In this document: positions 10,001 through 20,076 of the stretch, in pieces | Layout of the letters: each line of letters opens with the position of its first letter | Position numbering within the stretch: position 1 is the first letter of the stretch | IMG/VR virus record: IMGVR_UViG_2926584956_000001 | Span: 146 to 64,145 of that record | Length of the DNA stretch: 64,000 bases | Strand: one strand, 5' to 3' | Source: a virus | Made by a program: the position numbers and the translations under genes | The notes under the pieces: model-generated | Seen by the model: only the letters and a program-made list of their open reading frames with translations | Database searches by the model: none | What the model was told of the DNA's origin: nothing

Positions 10001-10572
10001 TGTACCTTCTGGCACTGGAGAACGTCACTGACACCGACCTCGAAAAGCTCCCGAACGAAATCAACCGGGCGGCCCGAATGGCGATCAATAAGGCGGCCGA
10101 GCGCGGCCGTGGATGGTTCGCTCGGGACATGCTCGATCAGGTCGCATTCCCTGGGAACTACCTAGCCCCATCAACCGGGCGACTCCGGGTCGAGAGGAAT
10201 GCGACTGACGCGGACTTGGAGTCATCGATCGCCGGTCGCCGTCGGCCGACCTCTCTTGCTCGATTCTCAACCGGGTCCCGAAAGAACGGCATTCACGTTC
10301 AGGTCAAGCCCGGGCGCACTCGGAAAATGAGCAACGCGTTCATCATGAACCTCCGCTCCGGGAACGAAGGTCTGGCGGTTCGAACCAAGGGCGGCCAGCC
10401 GCCGGCAAAAGCCTTCAAACCGAAGTCCCTCGGCCGTGGGCTGTGGCTTCTCTACGGGCCGTCCGTAGATCAGGTCTTTCGGGGGATGATTGAGCAGGAG
10501 GACCGGGCCTACGGGCGCATCGAGCAATTCCTGGGCGCCGAGTTCGAACGCCTTCTCGATCTCAAATTATAG
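9997..10572 (+). CDS. Minor tail / tail completion protein (gpZ-like)
   Basis: 'AARMAINKAAER', 'LYGPSVDQVF' typical of gpZ-like proteins. Confidence 0.7.
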   Translation: MMYLLALENVTDTDLEKLPNEINRAARMAINKAAERGRGWFARDMLDQVAFPGNYLAPSTGRLRVERNATDADLESSIAGRRRPTSLARFSTGSRKNGIHVQVKPGRTRKMSNAFIMNLRSGNEGLAVRTKGGQPPAKAFKPKSLGRGLWLLYGPSVDQVFRGMIEQEDRAYGRIEQFLGAEFERLLDLKL

Positions 10573-10580
10573 GTTGGACA

Positions 10581-11096
10581 ATGGCAGATCCCTTCCGCCT
10601 CACCGTACTCCAGGCGCTCACGACGGTCATTGAAGGTGTCAACCCGGACGCTGGGTTTCAGCACGATCTTCGTGGCTCAGTGTTTCGCGGGCGCAGTGTG
10701 TACGGTGACAACGACCCCCTGCCGATGGTCTCGATCCTGGAGCACCCCGACCCCCCAGTTCCCGCCGATACTCAGTCGGACAACCCGATGGCGACCCGGG
10801 AGTGGCACCTCTTGGTGCAGGGATTCACCAAGGACGACATGGTTCATCCTTCCGACGCATCTTATCGGCTGAAGGCCGAAGTTGAGACGGTCCTCTCCGC
10901 GGAGAGGACGCGTGAGGGCGGTCGGAACCCGCTGGGCCTCGGCTCAGTGACACGCCGCAATGGGAGCCAGGTCCTAGAGATGTCCATCGGCGTCGGGACC
11001 GTGCGCCCGTCAGACGAGCATCCCTCCTACTTCGGCTTCTTCTGGCTCCCGCTGCGCCTCCGCCTCGTGGAGAAACTGGACGATCCGTACTCATAG
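10581..11096 (+). CDS. Tail terminator (gpU-like)
   Basis: 'VFRGRSVYGDNDPLPMVSILE'; precedes tail tube. Confidence 0.65.
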   Translation: MADPFRLTVLQALTTVIEGVNPDAGFQHDLRGSVFRGRSVYGDNDPLPMVSILEHPDPPVPADTQSDNPMATREWHLLVQGFTKDDMVHPSDASYRLKAEVETVLSAERTREGGRNPLGLGSVTRRNGSQVLEMSIGVGTVRPSDEHPSYFGFFWLPLRLRLVEKLDDPYS

Positions 11097-11110
11097 CCTG
11101 TTTTAAATAT

Positions 11111-11141
11111 CACCTTTCTCGTGTATATCACCTTGATTGTG
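11111..11141. promoter_or_regulatory. Tandem operator-like motifs CACCTTTCTCGTG and CACCTTGATTGTG
   Basis: Two degenerate CAC-N7-GTG copies at 11111-11123 and 11129-11141, upstream of the tail tube gene. Confidence 0.5.
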
Positions 11142-11163
11142 CACAAGCAGCAGGAGACCGAAC

Positions 11164-11955
11164 ATGCTGGTCGACGACTACGAAAATAATTACGTACTGG
11201 GCCGCGGCGAGCTGTACTTCGCCCAGTACCTCCCGGGAACCCGGACACCGGGTGGCGAGCGCTATCTCGGCAACACGCCGGAGTTCAACGCCACGATCGA
11301 GACGGAAAACCTCGATCACTACAATTCGGATCGCGGCATCAATGAGAAGGACGCCTCGATCCCGCTCCAGGTCAATCGTACCGCGTCGTTCATCACCGAC
11401 AACATCCACGTCAATAATATCCAGCTCTTCTTCTACGGAAGCTCGGAAGTCCTCACCGACGCGGGTGGCGCTGTGACCGGCGAGGTGATCTCCGGGGTGC
11501 AGCCGGGGATGATTTACCAGATCGGCATGTCGGAGACGAACCCGGTCGGCGTCCGCGCGATCAGTTCAACCGGGTTCACGGCCAGCCAGGGTGGCAGCGA
11601 ACTGACGGCCGGCGAGGATTATGAGATCGACTTCGATCAGGCCCGCCTCAAGATCCTGGAGGGCGGGGCCGTGACGCCCGACGGCGACATCTCGCTCGAC
11701 TACACCACCCTCGCCAGCACCCGCACGCGGGTGATCTCCGGTCGCACCCCGATCGAGGGTGCACTCCGCTTCATCTCCCGCAACCCGGTCGGTAGTCAGC
11801 CGGTCTGGTACATGCCCTGGGTCAAGCTTCGCCCCAACGGCGACTACGCCCTCAAGGGCGACGAGTGGCAGCAGATCCCCTTCAACGTGGAGATCCTGCG
11901 CAAGGCCGGCGTCGAGGCGATCTACGTCGACGGCCAGCCGAAAATCAACGCGTAA
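11164..11955 (+). CDS. Major tail tube protein
   Basis: 'NYVLGRGELYF', 'RYLGNTPEF', 'LKGDEWQQIPF'; RBS AGGAG. Confidence 0.85.
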   Translation: MLVDDYENNYVLGRGELYFAQYLPGTRTPGGERYLGNTPEFNATIETENLDHYNSDRGINEKDASIPLQVNRTASFITDNIHVNNIQLFFYGSSEVLTDAGGAVTGEVISGVQPGMIYQIGMSETNPVGVRAISSTGFTASQGGSELTAGEDYEIDFDQARLKILEGGAVTPDGDISLDYTTLASTRTRVISGRTPIEGALRFISRNPVGSQPVWYMPWVKLRPNGDYALKGDEWQQIPFNVEILRKAGVEAIYVDGQPKINA

Positions 11956-11979
11956 CCTTCCGACCAGGAGAACGGCATC

Positions 11980-12483
11980 ATGGGTCTCAAGGACCTCAGA
12001 CTGCCGACGGAGACAGTACAGTTCGCGGGCGGCGAGTTCGCCGTCCGCGGGCTCTCCTTCGTCGATATCAGCGCCCTTGCTCGCGACTTCGGCCCTGAGC
12101 TGAACGCCCTCTACCGCCATTTCGAGAACTTGGTTGAAGGCGGTGGTGAGGGAGTCTCCGACGAGGGCATGACCATCGAAGGTGGCTTGATGGAGGTGGG
12201 CGCCCGTGCACTGGGCACCGCTCCCAAACTCGTCTCTATGATCATCGCCATGTCGTGCGAGGAAACCGCCGCCCTTGAGCCGGAAGATCTCAAGGTCGTC
12301 GGGCAACTGCCGGTCGCGATCCAGCTCGACGCCTTGGATAAGATCGGTCGGCTGACCTTCGAGATGGAGGGCGGCTCAAAAAAAGTGCTGGAGATCGTCG
12401 TCAATCTTCTTCGCGGCGCGCAGGGTCTCTTCGGAGAAATGCGGACTTCGAAGGCTGGCTCTTTGGCATCCGCCGCCGAGTAA
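11980..12483 (+). CDS. Tail assembly chaperone (gpG-like)
   Basis: Between tail tube and tape measure; 'GEFAVRGLSFVDI'. Confidence 0.8.
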   Translation: MGLKDLRLPTETVQFAGGEFAVRGLSFVDISALARDFGPELNALYRHFENLVEGGGEGVSDEGMTIEGGLMEVGARALGTAPKLVSMIIAMSCEETAALEPEDLKVVGQLPVAIQLDALDKIGRLTFEMEGGSKKVLEIVVNLLRGAQGLFGEMRTSKAGSLASAAE

Positions 12484-12689
12484 GTCAGCTCCTCGATCAC
12501 GGCCATCCCTTGGCGCAGCACTATCCAGTTGGGATGGTCCTTGTCGAGAGCGATCTGGTTACGACCCGGGTCACACGAGAGGCCGCGAGCTTGGCGGCTC
12601 TCAACCAGATGGCGGTCTCCTCCCTACTCAACAAAAAGGCGGGGAAGCACTTCGACAAAACCATGAAGGCGATCTTTGCCGAGGACTAG
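12378..12689 (+). CDS. -1 frameshift extension of the tail chaperone (gpGT-like); not in the ORF track
   Basis: A-AAA-AAA(G) at 12378-12385 in slippery register; -1 frame open from 12384 to TAG 12687-12689, encoding '..FEGWLFGIRRRVSQLLDHGHPLAQHYPVGMVLVE..'. Confidence 0.7.
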   Translation, partial: KKSAGDRRQSSSRRAGSLRRNADFEGWLFGIRRRVSQLLDHGHPLAQHYPVGMVLVESDLVTTRVTREAASLAALNQMAVSSLLNKKAGKHFDKTMKAIFAED

Positions 12690-12716
12690 GCATAGGCACC
12701 TTTATGGGATACAAAG

Positions 12717-12729
12717 CACTTCTTAGGTG
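12717..12729. promoter_or_regulatory. Palindromic operator-like motif CACTTCTTAGGTG
   Basis: Intergenic, upstream of the tape measure gene. Confidence 0.55.
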
Positions 12730-12747
12730 CTTTTAAGAGGCGTTCGG

Positions 12748-15700
12748 ATGGCCGACAAGGATATCAGGCTCGTCATACGGGCGAAGAACGAGGCCAACCG
12801 AGCGATCAACTCGGTTTCTGACGCGCTCAAAGAACTGGTCGCGATCAACGGGAAAACCGAGGAGTCGGCCGACAAGGTCGACACGGTAATCGGGAAGCTC
12901 GGCAGAGAGTTCAAGAAACTCTCTGCCGAGGTCTCCGGGCTCTCTGCCCTGGGCAAGGTCTCCGCTCAGATGGAGCGGGCCGCGGGCGCGATGGACCGGC
13001 TCCAGAAGGAGGCCCACGACGCGAGCGCTGAGTTCGAGCGCGTCAGCAAGGAAGCCCAGGCCGCCGCCAGGGCCACTGAGTCGCTTCGTCAGAAGCAGTC
13101 CCAGCTCACAGCGACTCAGACGAATCTCAAAACATCGGTGGCCGCCTCCAAGAAGGAAATGCAGGAGGCCAACCGCGAGCTGAAGGCCGCTGAGAAGGCC
13201 CTCGAACGTGTGGCGACGGCCTCCAAGAAGCACCAGTCGTCCACGCCCTGGTCCAATGCGGCCGCGTCTGCCCAGACCCTCGCAGAGGGGGCAGTAGAGT
13301 CGGCCCGGCAGAATGCCGATGAGGCAACCAAAGCTTATCAGCGACTGAGCGGTGAGCTGAAAACGCTCGGCCAGGATCTCAAGAGCACCGGAACCGAGCT
13401 GCGCAACGCTGCGAAGCACGAGCAGGATCTAACCGACAAGACCCAGAAGCTTGCCGAGGCGTCGCAGAAGAGCGCCGATGCCGTCACCCGCGGCAAGCAG
13501 GAGCTGAAGGAAATCCAGGGCGTCGCGTCGGAAGCCGCATCCAAACTTGGCGGCGTCGCGATCAGCCAGGAGAAGATCACTCAAGCCACGGCCGAGGCAA
13601 ACGCCGCCCTCGGCCGGACCAAAGCCCTACAAGAGGCGATGGCCCGATATTCGGACGGCGGCGGTGGATTCACCGACCCCGAGAGCGCCGCCGCATTCCG
13701 TCGCCAGCGGGCCGAGGTGGAACGGGCGCAAGAGGCGTACCGCACCCTCGACGCTGAGGCCAAGCGGCTCTCGGCTGCCTTGGACGGCACGGTCGCCCCG
13801 ACCGATCGCCAGACGCGCGCTTTGAGGGAGGTGCAGGCCGCCGCGGCAGCCGCCGGTAAGGAGCTGAAACAACAGCGGGCGATCCTGCAACAGATGCCGG
13901 GCGCGTACAATCGCGTGCGGAGTGGGGCCGGTGCGTTCGAGTCTGTCTACGGCGCCTCGCGCAAAGCAATGTCGCTGACGCAACGCCTTCGCGGCGAAGT
14001 GCTCTCGCTCACGACCGCCTACTTCGGGCTCTACGCCGCCGCCAATCAGGTCGGCTCGGTCATTTCCGCCTACCAGAAGCTGGAGGCCACCACGAGTCGC
14101 CTCGGGGCGGTCATGGAGCAAAACCAGTCGGCGATCCGAAAGGAGCTTCGCTGGTTGGAGCGCCAAGCGAGTCGCCTTGGCATCGAGTTTGGCACGCTGG
14201 CGGACGAGTACTCCAAGTTCTCCGTCGCGGCCAGCGCAGCGAATTTCCAGGGTGACAGCACCCGGAAAATTTTCCTGTCGGTGGCGGAGGCCGCCCGGGT
14301 CAACAAACTCTCGATGGAACAGACCTCGGGTGTCTTCCTGGCGCTGACGCAGATGATCTCCAAGGGCAAGGTGACCTCGGAAGAACTGCGTCGTCAGCTC
14401 GGCGATCGGCTGCCGGGTGCGTTCAACATCTTCGCGGACGCAATTGGCGTATCGACGGCTGAACTCGATGCGATGATGAAGGCAGGAGATGTCCTTGCCG
14501 ACGAGAGCAACCTAATCGCGTTCGCCGATCAGTTGAACGACAGGTTCGGCCCGCAGCTACAGAGCTCTCTCAAGACTACGACAACTCTCCTTGGGAAGTT
14601 CTCGAACGAGATTTTCCAAGCTCGTCTCCGCGTCGGAGATGGCGGCTTCATCGAGTCGTTCAATGAAGCCCTCCGGGAGATGATAAGTTACTTTCGCAGC
14701 CGAGAGGGCCGAGACTTCTTCCTCTCCCTCGGGGCTGCCCTTGGGCGGGCTACCGACGTCCTCACGTTCTTTATTCGAAACATGGATCTCCTAATCCTGG
14801 CAACGAAGGGCTTCATCGCACTGAAGCTCTACGGGGTGACGCTGAACATCATCTCGGGGCTTACCGGGGTGCAGCGAGCCACGCTGGCCAGCCGAAGCGC
14901 ATGGGATCTCTACAAGTTCAGTGTCCGTGGTGTCCGTCGTTCCCTTCGCTTGATGCAGGCTGCGGGCGTCGCCGCTCTGGGTACTCTTCGCGGCCTTCGC
15001 ACTGGAGCGATTTCAACGGCGGCTGCGTTCCGGGCCGCGCGATCGGCGACAGAGGTCCTAGCGCTTTCCTTGCGGCGAATCCCGGTCGTGCTGTTGTTCT
15101 CGGTGGCAGCCGTCGCCGTCGATCAGATTATCCAGAACTGGATTGGTGGCGTCGACGACGTGACCCAAGCGGTGGATGAACACCGACGTGTGATGGAAGC
15201 CGTCGTCAGCGCTTATGAGAGCGCTAAGAACAAAGCTAGTGACTGGGTAAAGTCCGTCGAGGATGTGAGCATCTTCGATGTGGAGAAAAACTTCACAAAG
15301 CAACTGGACCTTCTTGAGAAGGCCCAGGATGAATTCAAGAATAAAATCAAGAATGATCTCATTCAGGGGAGCTTCGCTGATACGTTCTTCAGCAACGAAG
15401 ACCAGCGAAAGGTCCGCAGATTTGCCCGCGAACTGTACTCTAACTTTGATCCCTATGAGATGGACAAAGTTCTCAAGCAGTTCGAAGAGCTGAATGACGA
15501 GATCAACGACATCGACGCAAAGAAGGCTCTTTCGGAGCTTCGGGACTACGCTACGGCAGTGGCCGATGCCGCGATCAGGACCGGAGATGCCGCGGTCGCC
15601 GCGGAAGCATTTGATAGCACACTCGAAGAAGTCGATGCTGTCCTCGCAAAAACCGGCACCTCAATGGAGGATCTGACCGGTGCGACCAACCAGACCGAGA

Positions 15701-17541
15701 GCGCTTTTGATGCGGCGGTGAGGGCTGCCAAGCAGTACCAGGACGCCCTCTCTCAGCTCCGCGGCCAAGTCTCGTCCCTGAAGGGCGAGATGAAGCAAAT
15801 GCAGGACCTCGCCGCGATCGACCAAGCCTACGCCTCGGTTGTTCAGTCAGTCGGCCAAGAGCGAGGTGCCAGCCGGAAGATCATCGAAGCGGCCCGTCTG
15901 CGCGACATGGCGAAGTTCGAAGTCTTGGCTGAGGGCAGCCGGGTCACCCCCCGCATGTTCGACGTCATCCACGGCCATGAGAGTTTCCGCACCGACGCCT
16001 ATGACGACGGCTACGGCACGATGACGATTGGCTACGGCTCAACGCGCATCAACGGTCGCCCCGTTCAGGCCGGTGACAGCATCAGCCGCGTTGACGCCAT
16101 GCGGCAGGCCCAAGCGGATATGGAACGGCTGATCGCCCAGATTGACGCGATGGTCGATGTACCTCTGTCGGATAGCCAGCTCACATCCCTGGTCTCCTAC
16201 GCCTACAACGCCGGCATCGGCTCATTGGAGCGCGACGGTATCCTCGATCCGCTCAACCGCGGTGACTATGCCGGGGCTCAGGAGGCGATCCGCAACGGCG
16301 TCGACACGTCCAACGGCCAGTACGTTCAGGGGCTGCGCAATCGTCGCGAAAAGGAAGCGGCGATGTTCGGCGAAGGCTTGGATTCACCGGAAGTCCTCGC
16401 CCAGAAGGTGCAGCTTGAGCGAGAGCTGGCCAAGACGCGCGCTGACGCGGCCGAAGCGACGAAAACCCAGATCGCCGACAACGAGTTCGAGATTGAGCAG
16501 CAACAGCGAAAGCTCGATGGGAAAGAGCGCGAGGCGTTTATCGAGGCGGAGCTGAGGGAGGCCCGTCAGCAGAACCCGTACATCACTGAGCAGGAACTGG
16601 CCGCCGTTCGTCGGCAGGCCGAAGAGATGTACAAGCTGAACAACGCGCTCACGAAGGAAGAGCAGCAGAAGGAGCGCATCGCCAAGATCCAGGAGCGCAT
16701 TTCCCTCCTGGAAGAGAAGCGCACCGCTCTCCAGCAACTCCGGGAGTTGCAGGCCGAGCGCGGCGACATCAAGGGACTCGAGAGGACCGACGAGAAGCTG
16801 GACCGGGTCAACCAGCAACTCCTCGTCGCCATCCAGCGGGCGCGCGAGTTCTGGCAGTCGGTCGGTGGTCCGGAGGCCGAGGCGGCCCTGGCCCGCCTCG
16901 ACACACTGGAAATGCAGCTTCGCAGGACGGGTGATACAGCCGGTTGGTCGTCCAAGGAAATAACCGAGCTGATGGCCGGTGCTGGGACGAACGCCTTCGA
17001 CAAGTTTGCCCAGGCGATAGCGAACGGCGAGAACGCCATCGTGGCGCTCCGTGACGCCTTCCTACAGTTCGCGTCCGACTTCCTCATCCAGATCGGCCGT
17101 ATGCTCGTCCAGGCGGCTCTTCTGCGCTTGCTGGCCCCGTTTGGCGGATGGGTCTCGGGCGGGATGAACGCTGTCATGGGCGTCGGGATGTTCCACGATG
17201 GCGGCATCGCGGGCTCGGCGACCACCATGCGCGCGGCAGCGCCAAGCTGGTTCGCTGGTGCCACCCGTTACCACTCGGGCGGCATTGCCGGCCTTCGTCC
17301 TGACGAGGTCCCCGCTATCCTCCGCAACGGTGAGGAGGTGCTGACCGAGAACGACCCGCGGCACCGAAATAACGGCGGAGCCTCTGCGCCCGCGGCCCCT
17401 CCGGTTGTCAAGGTGGTGAACGCCTTCGACAGCGCCCAGGTCGTGAGTGAAGGGCTGAACTCCGCAACGGGTGAGCAGACCTTCTTGAATATCGTGCGGT
17501 CGAACGCCAGTACGATTCGCGACACCCTGGGGATTCGCTGA
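12748..17541 (+). CDS. Tape measure protein with internal phage-lysozyme (GH24-like) domain
   Basis: About 1597 aa, Ala-rich coiled coil; tape-measure core 'LTQMISKGKVTSEELRRQLGDRLPGA'; lysozyme segment 'HESFRTDAYDDGYGTMTIGYGS..YNAG..GLRNRREKEAAMF'; C-term 'FHDGG..GLRPDEVPAIL'. Confidence 0.93.
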   Translation: MADKDIRLVIRAKNEANRAINSVSDALKELVAINGKTEESADKVDTVIGKLGREFKKLSAEVSGLSALGKVSAQMERAAGAMDRLQKEAHDASAEFERVSKEAQAAARATESLRQKQSQLTATQTNLKTSVAASKKEMQEANRELKAAEKALERVATASKKHQSSTPWSNAAASAQTLAEGAVESARQNADEATKAYQRLSGELKTLGQDLKSTGTELRNAAKHEQDLTDKTQKLAEASQKSADAVTRGKQELKEIQGVASEAASKLGGVAISQEKITQATAEANAALGRTKALQEAMARYSDGGGGFTDPESAAAFRRQRAEVERAQEAYRTLDAEAKRLSAALDGTVAPTDRQTRALREVQAAAAAAGKELKQQRAILQQMPGAYNRVRSGAGAFESVYGASRKAMSLTQRLRGEVLSLTTAYFGLYAAANQVGSVISAYQKLEATTSRLGAVMEQNQSAIRKELRWLERQASRLGIEFGTLADEYSKFSVAASAANFQGDSTRKIFLSVAEAARVNKLSMEQTSGVFLALTQMISKGKVTSEELRRQLGDRLPGAFNIFADAIGVSTAELDAMMKAGDVLADESNLIAFADQLNDRFGPQLQSSLKTTTTLLGKFSNEIFQARLRVGDGGFIESFNEALREMISYFRSREGRDFFLSLGAALGRATDVLTFFIRNMDLLILATKGFIALKLYGVTLNIISGLTGVQRATLASRSAWDLYKFSVRGVRRSLRLMQAAGVAALGTLRGLRTGAISTAAAFRAARSATEVLALSLRRIPVVLLFSVAAVAVDQIIQNWIGGVDDVTQAVDEHRRVMEAVVSAYESAKNKASDWVKSVEDVSIFDVEKNFTKQLDLLEKAQDEFKNKIKNDLIQGSFADTFFSNEDQRKVRRFARELYSNFDPYEMDKVLKQFEELNDEINDIDAKKALSELRDYATAVADAAIRTGDAAVAAEAFDSTLEEVDAVLAKTGTSMEDLTGATNQTESAFDAAVRAAKQYQDALSQLRGQVSSLKGEMKQMQDLAAIDQAYASVVQSVGQERGASRKIIEAARLRDMAKFEVLAEGSRVTPRMFDVIHGHESFRTDAYDDGYGTMTIGYGSTRINGRPVQAGDSISRVDAMRQAQADMERLIAQIDAMVDVPLSDSQLTSLVSYAYNAGIGSLERDGILDPLNRGDYAGAQEAIRNGVDTSNGQYVQGLRNRREKEAAMFGEGLDSPEVLAQKVQLERELAKTRADAAEATKTQIADNEFEIEQQQRKLDGKEREAFIEAELREARQQNPYITEQELAAVRRQAEEMYKLNNALTKEEQQKERIAKIQERISLLEEKRTALQQLRELQAERGDIKGLERTDEKLDRVNQQLLVAIQRAREFWQSVGGPEAEAALARLDTLEMQLRRTGDTAGWSSKEITELMAGAGTNAFDKFAQAIANGENAIVALRDAFLQFASDFLIQIGRMLVQAALLRLLAPFGGWVSGGMNAVMGVGMFHDGGIAGSATTMRAAAPSWFAGATRYHSGGIAGLRPDEVPAILRNGEEVLTENDPRHRNNGGASAPAAPPVVKVVNAFDSAQVVSEGLNSATGEQTFLNIVRSNASTIRDTLGIR

Positions 17542-18815
17542 TGCCCCAGAGTGACATGATCCCGGCCCCTGCGGAGGCACGTCTTTTTCCCATTGCACCC
17601 AACTGGGATGAGCGCGTCCGGGCGTCGATTGAATACAAGACCGACATTATCACCGCAGGCGTCGGCAGCGAGCAGCGTCGGGCCGTCCGCGACAACCCGC
17701 GGCGGGTCATTGAATTCACGGCGCTCCTGGGTTGGCAGGAGCGAATCGTTGCCGACTACTTCATGGCCGGTGCCTTGCCGTACCCAGTCGTGATCCCGGA
17801 CCCCACCCGTCACATCGTTCTCACGGAAGAGCTGGTTGCTCCGTACCAGGAGAACCCGCCGGATGGCCCATACACCTTCGAGGCGGCCGAGTACGTCTCA
17901 GACACGACAACCGAGACGCCCCCGGCGTGGCTGGAGGTCGGTGACACTGTGATGGTGGCCACCCCCTACACCGGCTACCAGATGGAACCGCGAACCATCG
18001 GCGGCTTCAGCGCGAACGACATCTTCTTCAGTGACGAAGATGGGTCAGCATTCCCGGCATACAGCACCGTCCACCCGGTTCTATTTGGTCATTGTCGGGT
18101 GGAGCCTCGGTCGGTGCGATATTCGAACCGCGTCGCCAGCCTGCCAGTAACTTTCGAGGTGATCCCTGGTAGCGAGATCTTTGAGCCCACAGCGCCGGGC
18201 TTCACGCTGGACGGCCTTGAGGTTCTGGAGATCAAGCCGAATTGGGCCTCATCCCCGTCTATGACCTACAGCTTTCCACGCGAGGTCATCGACTACGGCT
18301 ACGGTCGCATCGGGAACCACATCCCGTATGACTTTCCCGCCCGCATCATGAAGTACGAATACCTCGCCCGGGACCCCGGGGAGGTGAAGTACATCACCGA
18401 CTTCTTTATGCGGAAGCGCGGCCGTCGGAACTCTTTTCTCGTGCCGACCTGGGAAGATGATGTTCCGTATCAAGCGATCGGCGGCAACGGGCGTCAAATC
18501 GTAATAGCCGACCCGACGTTCGGCGCGATCTACACGGGATCGACTGTCTTCCGCCGAATTCTCCTGCGGATGACGGACGGTCGCCTCCTGTACTTCAAAA
18601 TCGAGTCAATTACCTCGCTCCCCGAGACCGGCTCGTCGGTGATTACGACCGTCGAGCGAATGCCTATCGAGGAAATCTCTCCCGCGACGCTTCAGGGTAT
18701 CTCATGGGTTCTGCCGGTTCGCTTCGGCAGCGATCGCCTCGACGTCGATTGGGTGACCGGTTCCTCCGCGCAGGTCGCTTTGACCTTCCAGACCTTGGAG
18801 GACCTGACGATATGA
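17541..18815 (+). CDS. Distal tail protein-like
   Basis: Coupled to tape measure; duplicated 'P.W' modules (APNWDE, KPNWAS). Confidence 0.6.
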   Translation: MPQSDMIPAPAEARLFPIAPNWDERVRASIEYKTDIITAGVGSEQRRAVRDNPRRVIEFTALLGWQERIVADYFMAGALPYPVVIPDPTRHIVLTEELVAPYQENPPDGPYTFEAAEYVSDTTTETPPAWLEVGDTVMVATPYTGYQMEPRTIGGFSANDIFFSDEDGSAFPAYSTVHPVLFGHCRVEPRSVRYSNRVASLPVTFEVIPGSEIFEPTAPGFTLDGLEVLEIKPNWASSPSMTYSFPREVIDYGYGRIGNHIPYDFPARIMKYEYLARDPGEVKYITDFFMRKRGRRNSFLVPTWEDDVPYQAIGGNGRQIVIADPTFGAIYTGSTVFRRILLRMTDGRLLYFKIESITSLPETGSSVITTVERMPIEEISPATLQGISWVLPVRFGSDRLDVDWVTGSSAQVALTFQTLEDLTI

Positions 18816-19627
18816 GCTTCGCCGAATACGAGGTTAGCGAAGAGGGTGGTGCGCCGTTCGAACTCTACGAGTTTCAGTATGGCGACAGTGCCGCCTATCG
18901 CTACACGAACTACGATCATGACGTCGAATGGAACGGCGTGGTGTGGCTTGCACGCCCGATCTCGCGTGAGAGCTATCGGTCCTCCGGTAAGGTCGACAAG
19001 ACCACCCTCGATATCAAGATGCCGGTCGACAGTGACATCGCGGCTCTGTTCACCGGCTTCCCGCCGACTCAGGTCGTCCGCGCCGTAGTTCGGGCGGGGC
19101 ATCGGGCCGACCCGGAGAACCCGCTTGTCATTTGGACCGGCCGCGTTCTTTCGGTCGCCAAGCAAGACAATCAGATCACGCTTACCTGCGACAGCACACT
19201 CGTCTCCATGAAGCGGGTTGGGTTGCGGCGGAACTGGCAGTTGGCTTGCCCATTCCAGCTATACGGGCCGCAGTGCAAGGCGGAAACAGAGCCGCGTCAG
19301 GCGACGGTCACGGCCGTCGGCCAGGGCTCGGTCCAGCTCACGGGGAACTGGGCTGAGGGCGTAGAGCCTCACAAGTTCAACGGCGGGATGATGCGGTGGC
19401 AGGGTAATACTGGGACCGAATACCGCACGATCCATAATGTTACAGAGAACTCATTGAATATTGTCGGCCCTCTGCGGGGATTATCTGTCGGAGAGACCGT
19501 CGATATTTTCCTCGGATGCAATCGCCGCACTGATGACTGCCAGAATTTACACAACAACATCCACAATTTCGGCGGGATGCCCTGGATTCCGACGAAAAAC
19601 CCAGTTCGATACCACCCATTCTGGTGA
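18812..19627 (+). CDS. Tail hub protein (DUF2163 / BR0599, gpL-like)
   Basis: 'CPFQLYGPQC', C-term 'GCNRRTDDCQNLHNNIHNFGGMPWIP'. Confidence 0.85.
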   Translation: MSFAEYEVSEEGGAPFELYEFQYGDSAAYRYTNYDHDVEWNGVVWLARPISRESYRSSGKVDKTTLDIKMPVDSDIAALFTGFPPTQVVRAVVRAGHRADPENPLVIWTGRVLSVAKQDNQITLTCDSTLVSMKRVGLRRNWQLACPFQLYGPQCKAETEPRQATVTAVGQGSVQLTGNWAEGVEPHKFNGGMMRWQGNTGTEYRTIHNVTENSLNIVGPLRGLSVGETVDIFLGCNRRTDDCQNLHNNIHNFGGMPWIPTKNPVRYHPFW

Positions 19628-19633
19628 GCAATA

Positions 19634-19870
19634 ATGGCTGCTTTTGTAGGTCTACTTCTCGGCCTCGCATTGATGATCATCGGCTACGTTCTGATGCCGA
19701 AGCCGAAGGGTCCGAAGCCGCCTGCTGTCACAGAGCTGGAGGGGCCAACCGCCGAGGCCGGTCGACCGATCATGGTCATATTCGGCGAAGTCACGATCAA
19801 GAGTCCGAACTTCCTCTGGTGGGGCAATAAATACCACGTCAAAAGAAGCCGTAGGACTGGAAAGAAATGA
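19634..19870 (+). CDS. Small tail assembly protein
   Basis: N-terminal hydrophobic helix, 'AEAGRPIMVIFGEVTI'. Confidence 0.7.
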   Translation: MAAFVGLLLGLALMIIGYVLMPKPKGPKPPAVTELEGPTAEAGRPIMVIFGEVTIKSPNFLWWGNKYHVKRSRRTGKK

Positions 19871-20076
19871 ATTCTGATCGTGAGATGATCTCAATACAAG
19901 ACGTTCGCAGGGCCGGTTATTGCATAAGTGGCGCGAGGGAGTGGTGCAATCTGCGCGAAATCTCCTTTCGTGATCTTGTCCGAAGGGGGGTTCCAGCTTC
20001 CGACGTCGAGAACCTTGGCGACCCAATCGTCGAGCATATCCTGAAAGTGAAGCGGAGCGAGGGTGATGGGCAGTAA
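19867..20076 (+). CDS. Small tail assembly protein
   Basis: 'DVRRAGYCISGAREW', overlap-coupled in the tail operon. Confidence 0.65.
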   Translation: MNSDREMISIQDVRRAGYCISGAREWCNLREISFRDLVRRGVPASDVENLGDPIVEHILKVKRSEGDGQ

